Below are positions 28,647-35,364 of a DNA stretch of 38,488 nt, piece after piece. Made by a program: the position numbers and the translations under genes. The notes beneath the pieces are model-generated. The model had not been told where the DNA came from. It was given only the letters and a program-made list of their open reading frames with translations, and made no database searches. Position 1 is the stretch's first letter. Every line of letters begins with the position of its first letter. The DNA is from Pirellulales bacterium (lineage in GTDB: Bacteria > Planctomycetota > Planctomycetia > Pirellulales > PNKZ01), in assembly GCA_035550355.1 (NCBI GenBank), contig DASZPI010000770.1, positions 1-38,488 of the forward strand. The letters are read 5' to 3'.

Positions 28647-28669
28647 TGCAAGCCGGGGCTTACAGAAGT

Positions 28670-28685
28670 CGCCTGAAAGGTGCCA
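28670..28685 (-). promoter_or_regulatory. Candidate sigma54 (-24/-12) promoter upstream of the PP2C gene: TGGCAC-CTTTC-AGGCG
   Basis: The minus strand reads TGGCACCTTTCAGGCG. The -24 hexamer is perfect, and GG and GC are separated by exactly 10 nt. The -12 element is AGGC rather than the consensus TTGC. 24 nt lie between the element and ATG 28646. Confidence 0.4.
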
Positions 28686-28701
28686 GCATCGCGGCGAAGG
28701 G

Positions 28702-28732
28702 TTGGCCAGCCGCAGCTATCTTAGCTGGCCAA
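28702..28732. repeat. Perfect 9-bp inverted repeat TTGGCCAGC-N13-GCTGGCCAA
   Basis: Read directly: ttggccagc at 28702-28710, gctggccaa at 28724-28732. An alternative inner pairing CAGCT/AGCTG exists. Confidence 0.7.
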
Positions 28733-28753
28733 GGGTCGGCATCCTAGAGTGGC

Positions 28754-28785
28754 GGGCCAAGCCAGGCGGGAAGTTTTTTTGGCCC
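28754..28785. repeat. 7-bp inverted repeat GGGCCAA-N18-TTGGCCC enclosing a T7 run
   Basis: Read directly: gggccaa at 28754-28760, ttggccc at 28779-28785, T7 at 28774-28780. Shares the GGCCAA/TTGGCC half-site with the repeat at 28702-28732. Confidence 0.6.
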
Positions 28786-28835
28786 GGCAAACGCCCCAGG
28801 ACGCTGCAAGTGGCCTGGAGGCCGGTGCAGCGGTT

Positions 28836-28844
28836 TGATATAGT
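28836..28844 (+). promoter_or_regulatory. Candidate extended -10 promoter (TG-a-TATAGT) for the PEGA lipoprotein gene
   Basis: TGATATAGT at 28836-28844, about 45 nt upstream of ATG 28890. No good -35, consistent with an extended -10 type. Confidence 0.35.
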
Positions 28845-28889
28845 CGCCGCCCCATCCTTTTCGCCCGCCAAACCCATGGCGGTCCCGAC

Positions 28890-29411
28890 ATGCCGTTGGC
28901 CATTTGTCGTTGCCCAGCCAAGGATCGTTTCGCCGGCCGTGCCCTGCGCCGAGCCATGATCGTGGCCCTGCTGGGCACGATCGGCACCGGCTGCGTGCAA
29001 CGCCGATTGACGATCCGCAGCAACCCGCCGGGGGCGTTGGTCTATGTCGATAACTATGAAATCGGCACCACGCCGGTCTCGACGGACTACATCTACTACG
29101 GAACGCGCAAGATCGAGCTCGTCAAAGACGGCTACGAGACGCTTACCGTCAAGCAGTGGATTCGCCCGCCGTGGTACGAACTGTTCCCGCTCGATTTCGT
29201 GTCGGAGAATGTCGTGCCGCTGGAAATTCGCGATGAACGCGGACTCGACTTTGAGATGAAGCCCCTGGCGAGCGTGCGGACCGACCAGTTGCTCGGTCGG
29301 GCTGAGAATCTGCGGCAAGGCAGTCATGTGGAAGGCTTCACGCCGCCACCGACGGTCGCTCAACCGGCCGAGACCGTGTCGCCGCAAGAAACGTTGGTCG
29401 AGCCGAAGTAG
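28890..29411 (+). CDS. PEGA-domain lipoprotein
   Basis: Lipobox LLGTIGTGC. PEGA-type segment LTIRSNPPGALVYVDNYEIGTTPVS...GTRKIELVKDGYETL. The longer antisense ORF 28716-29387 has no recognisable motif. Confidence 0.75.
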   Translation: MPLAICRCPAKDRFAGRALRRAMIVALLGTIGTGCVQRRLTIRSNPPGALVYVDNYEIGTTPVSTDYIYYGTRKIELVKDGYETLTVKQWIRPPWYELFPLDFVSENVVPLEIRDERGLDFEMKPLASVRTDQLLGRAENLRQGSHVEGFTPPPTVAQPAETVSPQETLVEPK

Positions 29412-29463
29412 TCGGCAGCGGGCGCGAAGTCAGCTGCGGTGCGCCGGCGGCCCTCGGCACGCT

Positions 29464-29697
29464 TTAGTCGTCCAACTGGCTTTCGAATTCATCCAGGCGG
29501 CGATGGATCTCGCGGATGATGCTGCCGGGAAGATCGTTGGGATCGAGTGTGAAGTTGGCGCTAAGCTGCGCTTCGGCCTTGGGGCGACCTTGGCCGTCAC
29601 GATCGACGCGAACCGACAACCAAGGAGCCATGACGTGTAAATGCGCGGCCTCGCGCACCAGCAGCTCAAACGATTCGTCGCTCGTCATCGTCAGCAT
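29464..29697 (-). CDS. Hypothetical 77-aa acidic protein downstream of the mla genes
   Basis: ATG-initiated ORF co-directional with mlaEFD, 105 nt after the mlaD stop. No motif recognised. A 6-bp hairpin CCTTGT/ACAAGG (29715-29740) sits in its leader. Confidence 0.4.
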   Translation of the reverse strand: MLTMTSDESFELLVREAAHLHVMAPWLSVRVDRDGQGRPKAEAQLSANFTLDPNDLPGSIIREIHRRLDEFESQLDD

Positions 29698-29802
29698 CTC
29701 CGCAGCATTCGAGCCTTGTAGGACAATTCTCTGACAAGGGGAATAATGTCGAATCGCGCACGCCGGTGCAACTGCCCCGGCGGGATTGTCGATCGGTAAG
29801 CG

Positions 29803-30903
29803 TCACTTGATTCCGGAGCTGGGAAAGATCGCGCCACGAACGCCAAGCCGCTCGGGGTGGCGCGAGATTTTGTCTGAAAAGACCCTGGCATCGCGCAACA
29901 CCGGTTCGAGCTCGCGCGTGATGCCGTTCACATTGGTGATTGCGGTGTTCAGGTTATTGTACAGTTGTTGGTCGTTGATCAGTCGTCCGAGCGAACCCTC
30001 CGGCGAATTCAACGCTCGTGAGAACGATTTAACATCGACGAGCACGTTTTCCAAATCCTGGGCGGCCCGGTCGATGTGATCGACGAGCTGCGGCCCCCGC
30101 TCGCCCAACGGTTTGGTAAAGCCCTCGAGGTTTGCTAGATTCGTGTTCGCCAGATCCGCCGTCTGGCGAATCTTGACCAGCGCCTCGTTCAGGTCGGTCA
30201 AGGCTTTCGGTAATTCGTCGGCAGCCTGGCGAATGTTGCCCTTGAACATCGGATCGCCCACCAGGTCGTTGGCATTGGCAATGGCTTGCTGCATTGCGTC
30301 GAGCGTCGCTTCGGCTTTATCGACAACGCGAGTCATCTGTTCGTTGTTGTTGGCCAAGAGCGCGTTCACGCGCCGCGCCAGATCGCCGATTTCGTCGGCG
30401 GTGCCCGAGACCGAGTTCAGCGCCAGCGACAGGTTCCCCTCGATGTTGCCGATCGTTTGCAGCGGATCGCTGACCACGTGCCCCGGCACGCGTTCGCCAG
30501 GTTGCACGACCGTGTTCGGCAGGCTGGTTCCTTCTTGCAGTACGAATTCAATCACCGCGTCGCCGCCGAGCAACGACTTGCGAATCTCAGGGAGCTCGTT
30601 ATGTCGCAATTGGCGATTCGCCTGAATCTCGGCCGTTGCGACCACCCGCAGTCCTTCGCGCGGCTTGATGCCGATGTCCTCAGCAAAATCGACCGCCTTG
30701 ATGCGGCCGATCAGAATGCCGCTCTTGCGGACGGGTGTTCCTTCGGAAACACCTGGCGCCTGGCTGAACGAAATGTAGATCGTGTACGGCTTGGCCCGCA
30801 CAAACTCGGGAAAACCGTCGAACAGTAACAGCAAGATCAAGGCGATCAGGATCGCCGCGACCACCGTGACACCGACGCGAAATTGAATGACGCGTTCGTT
30901 CAT
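29803..30903 (-). CDS. mlaD: MlaD/MCE-family protein: N-terminal anchor, one MCE domain, ~230-aa helical C-terminal extension
   Basis: Anchor VGVTVVAAILIALILLLLF. MCE core YTIYISFSQAPGVSEGTPVRKSGILIGRIKAV. Long Asn/Leu/Ala-rich helical tail. ATGA overlap with mlaF (30900-30903). Confidence 0.85.
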   Translation of the reverse strand: MNERVIQFRVGVTVVAAILIALILLLLFDGFPEFVRAKPYTIYISFSQAPGVSEGTPVRKSGILIGRIKAVDFAEDIGIKPREGLRVVATAEIQANRQLRHNELPEIRKSLLGGDAVIEFVLQEGTSLPNTVVQPGERVPGHVVSDPLQTIGNIEGNLSLALNSVSGTADEIGDLARRVNALLANNNEQMTRVVDKAEATLDAMQQAIANANDLVGDPMFKGNIRQAADELPKALTDLNEALVKIRQTADLANTNLANLEGFTKPLGERGPQLVDHIDRAAQDLENVLVDVKSFSRALNSPEGSLGRLINDQQLYNNLNTAITNVNGITRELEPVLRDARVFSDKISRHPERLGVRGAIFPSSGIK

Positions 30904-31772
30904 GAGACGCGCTCCGCTTGTTCGCGCATCTCCATCAGACGTTCGCCCGCTTCACCACGCACGAACTGGCACACACGGCGGTCTTTGCAGTCGTCGAGCG
31001 CGTCGGGCGGTCCGTCGAAAATGATTTGCGGCTCGTCGTGCTTGAGGCGCATGAGCGGATAGAGCATCACCACGCGGTCCGGAACCTTGCGCGCGGTGTG
31101 CATGTCGTGCGTCACCACGATGCTGGTCACGGGATATCGCTTTCGGCAGCGGATGATCAACTCGTTGATGACGTCGCTCATGATCGGGTCCAGCCCGGTC
31201 GTCGGCTCGTCGTAGAGCACCACCTCGGGGTTCATGGCCAGGGCGCGCGCCAAGCCAACGCGCTTCCGCATACCGCCCGACAGTTCAGCCGGTTTTTTTC
31301 TTGCCGCCGACTCGGGCAGCCCCACCTCGGCCAATCGCGCAGCGACCACCTCGTTCAACTCTTGTTGAGTTTTTCTTTGATGGCGGACCAACGGGAACAC
31401 CACATTGCGCGCCACGCTCATGCTGTCGAACAGAGCTGCCTGCTGGAACACGAAGCCGTAGCGCGTGCGAAGATCCGAGAGCTCGGTTTCGCTGAGATTC
31501 GCAAGGTCTTTGCCCTGAAACCACACCTTGCCTACCGTGGGGCGCACCAGGCCAATGAGCGTCTTTAGCAGCACGGTTTTGCCGCAGCCGCTTTCGCCGA
31601 TGATGGCCAAGGTTTGTCCGCGCGGCACTTCGAGATTGATGTCGCGCAAAACCGCCTGTCGGCCAAACTGCACATGGACACCTTCCACGCGCAGGATCGG
31701 CTCGTCGTCGGCTGCGGCCGAGCTCGGTTCGATCGTTTCGGCTTGATCGGTCTTGGTCATGCGCTGCGGCAA
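30900..31772 (-). CDS. mlaF: ABC transporter ATP-binding protein, MlaF-type
   Basis: Walker A GESGCGKT, signature LSGGMRKRVGLARAL, Walker B VLYDEPTTGLD, H-loop VTHDM. TTG 31772 is the maximal start; ATG 31760 (MTKTDQ) is an alternative. Confidence 0.9.
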   Translation of the reverse strand: MPQRMTKTDQAETIEPSSAAADDEPILRVEGVHVQFGRQAVLRDINLEVPRGQTLAIIGESGCGKTVLLKTLIGLVRPTVGKVWFQGKDLANLSETELSDLRTRYGFVFQQAALFDSMSVARNVVFPLVRHQRKTQQELNEVVAARLAEVGLPESAARKKPAELSGGMRKRVGLARALAMNPEVVLYDEPTTGLDPIMSDVINELIIRCRKRYPVTSIVVTHDMHTARKVPDRVVMLYPLMRLKHDEPQIIFDGPPDALDDCKDRRVCQFVRGEAGERLMEMREQAERVS

Positions 31773-31776
31773 GGGT

Positions 31777-32649
31777 CTACAGAAACGAAACGCCTTGCGG
31801 CCACAGGTAGTAGTAAAGGCTGTCGAGAAAGATATCGATCTGCAGATTCAAGATCAGAATCAGCACGAACGATGCGACGAATGCGCTGGTCGCGGCGCGG
31901 CCCACGCCTTCGGCGCCGGGGTCGCAATGGAAGCCGCGATGACAACTGACCAGGGCGATGGCCGCGCCGAAAAACAAGCTCTTGAACACACCGCCGAATA
32001 GATCGAAACCGTTGACCACCTTTTGCGAATTTTCCCAATAGTGGTGCTTGTCGATATCCAGTAGCACCGTGCTATAGAACCAACCGCCGGCGACGCCCAT
32101 AAAGTCGGCCATCACCGTTAGAGCCGGGATCATCACCAGGCAGCCGAGAAAGCGTGGCACGACCAGATAGTGGATCGGATTCGCGCCCATGCTCGACAGG
32201 GCATCGATCTGCTCGGTAACGCGCATCGTGCCGAGTTCGGCAGCCATCGAACTGCCGACGCGGCCGGCGAGCATCGTCGCCGCAAGCACCGGCCCCAGCT
32301 CGCGAACCAGCGAAATGTTGATCACGCCTCCCAAGCGCGTTTCCAGGTGCAGCAAGCGGAATTGCGAATAGCTTTGCACGGCCAGGATCATGCCGATGAA
32401 CGTGCCCGTGAGCGCCACGACCGGCAGGCTGAGCACCCCGATTTGATAGAAGCTCGGGAGCAAAGTCTCACGTGCCGGAAGCCGCGTGACCATCCATCGC
32501 ATGGTCCGCAGCGCAAACAACACGACTTCGCCAATGCCGACGATCCAGTTGACCGCGACCGCACCGACGTCGGAGACCCAATCGGCCAGCGCGTCGACGA
32601 CACCCGATGACCGCGCATCCGTTGTTGAACTCTGGGGATCGGCATCCAT
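31777..32649 (-). CDS. mlaE: ABC transporter permease, MlaE-type
   Basis: Characteristic MlaE core VRELGPVLAATMLAGRVGSSMAAELGTMRVTEQIDAL. Multi-pass membrane protein. Confidence 0.85.
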   Translation of the reverse strand: MDADPQSSTTDARSSGVVDALADWVSDVGAVAVNWIVGIGEVVLFALRTMRWMVTRLPARETLLPSFYQIGVLSLPVVALTGTFIGMILAVQSYSQFRLLHLETRLGGVINISLVRELGPVLAATMLAGRVGSSMAAELGTMRVTEQIDALSSMGANPIHYLVVPRFLGCLVMIPALTVMADFMGVAGGWFYSTVLLDIDKHHYWENSQKVVNGFDLFGGVFKSLFFGAAIALVSCHRGFHCDPGAEGVGRAATSAFVASFVLILILNLQIDIFLDSLYYYLWPQGVSFL

Positions 32650-32768
32650 GGCTCACCCATCCGACAGCGAAACCTTCGGCCGCGCGCAAGAACTTCGAGC
32701 GGCATCGACATTCATCGGCACGAACGATTATACGACTTCAGCAAAGCCTGCCGTCTGTGCGGGTCGCA

Positions 32769-32790
32769 GCAACGCCGGCGATAGCGTTGC
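32769..32790 (-). terminator. Candidate stem-loop terminator after htrA (GCAACGC-N8-GCGTTGC), no U-tract
   Basis: 7-bp perfect stem at 32769-32775 / 32784-32790, about 40 nt downstream of the htrA stop on the minus strand. Confidence 0.3.
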
Positions 32791-32830
32791 CATCGGCGCG
32801 GAGAGGTCCCGCGCAACCCAACAGCGACTT

Positions 32831-34030
32831 CTAACGCTGTGCTGGAGTCTGAGCAGGCGCCGTCTCGTTCGCGTTGCCGATCTTTGCGCGAATGGTCATC
32901 GGCTGGCGATCGCGATAGATGATGATCGACACCTCGGTGCCGACCGGAGTGAGCCCGACGATGTTGATCAGGTGGTTGTCGTTGTCGACGCGCTGACCGT
33001 TGAATTGGACGATCACATCGCCGGCCTGCAATCCCGCGGCTTCGGCAGGCGAGCCGGGCTCGATGCGCAGTAATCGCGCGCCGGTCAGCCGTGGCAACCC
33101 CGCCTCGAGTGCCTGCTGAGCGTTGAATCGTGAGTCGAGCCGCACGCCTAAATAAGCTCGGGTGACCACTCCGTGCTCGATCAGTTGTCGAGCAATGTTC
33201 ACCACAATATTGATGGGAATGCTGAACCCAATTCCTTCGTTAAATCCTGAATTGCTGGCGATCGCGGTGTTGATGCCGACCACCTCGCCTCTGAGATTGA
33301 TCAGCGGTCCGCCACTGTTGCCGGGATTGATCGAGGCGTCGGTTTGAATGAAGTCTTGGAATCGCACGCCGCCGTCGCCCAATTCCAGATCGCGGCGCCC
33401 CTTCGCGCTGATGATGCCATAGGTGATCGAATGGCTCAGCCCAAACGGGCTGCCGACGGCCAGCACCATGTCGCCGACTTCAAGTGCGTCGCTGTTTCCG
33501 ATGCGCGCGGTGACGTAATCGGGCCCGTGCACAGCCAAGACGCCGACATCGGTGTCCGGGTCGCCCCACGACTTCGTCGGGTGCGTCATTCGGCCGTCGG
33601 AAAATCGAATCTGGATGTCGTTCAGCTTGGCATCGCGGATCACATGCCGATTGGTCAGCACATACGGGGCGCCGCTGATTTCGACGAGGACGCCGGAACC
33701 CGCCTCCTGCACGGTACGCCGACCATAGGGTCGGCCGCCCGAATCGCGGATTTCGGCCTCGATGTGCACCACGGTTGGACTGACCAGGCGGGCCGCGGTC
33801 TTGATGATGTTGTGGTGCCGCTCGTAATCGGCAACTTCCTTGGCCAGGCTGGCGTACAGCGCATCGCGCTGTTGGGGCGTCATGTTGCCGTCGAGCTCGA
33901 GCGCGGACGCGCCGGTGCGCGTGGCCGGAGCCTGGGCGACCGCCGGCTGCGTTTGGGCGCCGAGAACCGCCGCCAAGCAAACAAGGCTTTGAACTGCGAT
34001 GACGGAGCAACGGCGTCGAACTCGCCGCAT
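32831..34030 (-). CDS. HtrA/DegP-family periplasmic serine protease with one PDZ domain
   Basis: Triad contexts LTNRHVI, DTDVGVL, GNSGGPLINLRGEVVGINTA. PDZ-like GSPAEAAGLQAGDVIVQFNGQRV. Start at ATG 34030, giving the signal peptide MRRVRRRCSVIAVQSLVCLAAVLGAQ. Confidence 0.9.
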   Translation of the reverse strand: MRRVRRRCSVIAVQSLVCLAAVLGAQTQPAVAQAPATRTGASALELDGNMTPQQRDALYASLAKEVADYERHHNIIKTAARLVSPTVVHIEAEIRDSGGRPYGRRTVQEAGSGVLVEISGAPYVLTNRHVIRDAKLNDIQIRFSDGRMTHPTKSWGDPDTDVGVLAVHGPDYVTARIGNSDALEVGDMVLAVGSPFGLSHSITYGIISAKGRRDLELGDGGVRFQDFIQTDASINPGNSGGPLINLRGEVVGINTAIASNSGFNEGIGFSIPINIVVNIARQLIEHGVVTRAYLGVRLDSRFNAQQALEAGLPRLTGARLLRIEPGSPAEAAGLQAGDVIVQFNGQRVDNDNHLINIVGLTPVGTEVSIIIYRDRQPMTIRAKIGNANETAPAQTPAQR

Positions 34031-34160
34031 AGTGATTTCCCTTAAAGACGCTGAGATCGGCGCGCTGCCCGAAGGACGAGTCGCAACGCTGACAAGCGTA
34101 CCGGCCGAACGTCCGCCTCGCGGCGAACCGTCAGGCCGGTGGAACGGCCGGTTGCACCGG

Positions 34161-34182
34161 GCGTGCGCCATTGTGCGCACGC
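34161..34182 (-). terminator. Candidate stem-loop between the dksA-like gene and htrA (GCGTGCGC-cattgt-GCGCACGC)
   Basis: 8-bp perfect GC-rich stem at 34161-34168 / 34175-34182 (+ strand coordinates). It starts about 13 nt downstream of the dksA-like stop on the minus strand. No U-tract. Confidence 0.3.
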
Positions 34183-34194
34183 GCCACGACAAGA

Positions 34195-34641
34195 TCAAGA
34201 AACGTCGATTTCAAGATCGTTAATCGAGACCTCGGCATCGGAGTTGGGATCGACCACGCGTCCCCAGTCGGCGTCGCCCGAGCCCGCGGTGCCGTGGATT
34301 TCGGCCTCGCGTTGGCATTCGATGCACGTTGTGGCATACGGGAGCGCGTTCAGCCGAGCCATCGGAATTTTGACGTTGCAGCCTTCGCACACGCCATAAT
34401 GTCCGGTTCGCATCCGCTCGAGCGCGTTCTCGATGCTGGCCAACTCACGGCTTTCGACCTCGGCCAGTTGCGAGTTGATCTCGTCCTGTGCCGAATCGAG
34501 CGCGAAATCGACGACATCGCCGCCGGCCTGCTCGCGGAGCTGATTCAATAGACTGAGGTCGCCGGCGAGCGCCTTGCGCAGCGCATCGCGACGGACGAGC
34601 AGGATTTCGCGCATCTTCATGATCGCATCTTTGCGTGCCAT
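34195..34641 (-). CDS. DksA/TraR-family C4 zinc-finger regulator with acidic C-terminal tail
   Basis: Coiled-coil tip motif DVVDFA (DxxDxA). Zinc finger CEGCNVKI...CIECQ. Start at ATG 34641 (GAAGGTGA upstream). Confidence 0.85.
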   Translation of the reverse strand: MARKDAIMKMREILLVRRDALRKALAGDLSLLNQLREQAGGDVVDFALDSAQDEINSQLAEVESRELASIENALERMRTGHYGVCEGCNVKIPMARLNALPYATTCIECQREAEIHGTAGSGDADWGRVVDPNSDAEVSINDLEIDVS

Positions 34642-34789
34642 ACTCGGTTTCACCTTCTCTCGTCCGGTTCGGGCGGAACTCGAGGGTGTGCCCCCCTCCA
34701 AGCGACGCCGTTGGTCGAGCCTGTTGTCAGACCTTCATGGGTGGTTACTAAACGAACGAACTCGCCGCCGTTCGCTGCCCGGCCGTCTT

Positions 34790-34818
34790 TTAACCTTGAC
34801 GGCAAGAGCAACTATAGT
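34790..34818 (+). promoter_or_regulatory. Candidate promoter TTAACC-17 nt-TATAGT inside the 723-bp spacer; the -10 lies in the palindrome ACTATAGT
   Basis: TTAACC at 34790-34795, 17-nt spacer, TATAGT at 34813-34818. If used, it gives a ~540-nt leader or an independent RNA upstream of the coiled-coil gene. Confidence 0.3.
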
Positions 34819-35364
34819 ACGTCGGTCGAACCCCGCTGGTTTGCTAAAAAAGCAATCTACGTCGACCTTACCGGTCGCCGCACAAGCTAACGACGTAAGT
34901 GGCATTTTGTCAGCAGCTTACGCATACTCGCCTGCTCAGCGGGGACCTTGAACGGGGTGGTTGCCGGACGGCCGGGACACTTCCAGGCAGTCGACAGCAT
35001 GGTTGGTTCCTCCCGATCGCGTTCCTCCGTCGAGCGTGAGCTTTGGGATAATCGACATATTCGTCACAGATATTCACCGCATTGCCACCATTTTTGACCG
35101 CCTACCTTCGCCCGACCGGCACATGCGGCACCCCATTCGCGGACGAGTAAGGTGTTGCGACTTCAAAAGTCTTCCGACCGCAAGTCTCGTTGCGCTCGGC
35201 GGTTTTGACCGCCGCCGCTCTGTGAGCTAGATGACTTGCAGGCGCCGACCGCACCACCCTATTTGCCGGCCAGGGTTGCCCGCCTTCGCTGGCTGCCGCA
35301 ATCCGAGTCGGAATAGGAATGTTGTCGCGCCCCGTGTGTCCCAGGATATGAGCCGGAGGCAGCC

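Noticed and set aside
31290-31300. A7 run in mlaF forming an A_AAA_AAA slippery heptamer (AGA AAA AAA CCG) with a -1 frame stop three codons later, resembling dnaX
   Set aside because: A -1 product would lack the ABC signature and Walker B and has no obvious function. No downstream stimulatory structure is evident. Most likely it is just a Lys-Lys codon pair.
34870-34960. tmRNA-like resemblance: GCTAACGACG...TCAGCAGCTTAC...CCTGCT, reminiscent of the E. coli tag region GCAAACGACGAA...GCAGCUUAA...CCUGCU, plus GGGGACCTTGAACGGGG
   Set aside because: There is no in-frame stop after the Ala-Ala-like codons, no tRNA-like T-arm or CCA end, and the GGGG element lies downstream rather than upstream of the tag-like stretch. 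The order fits neither standard nor permuted tmRNA. A covariance-model scan would settle it.
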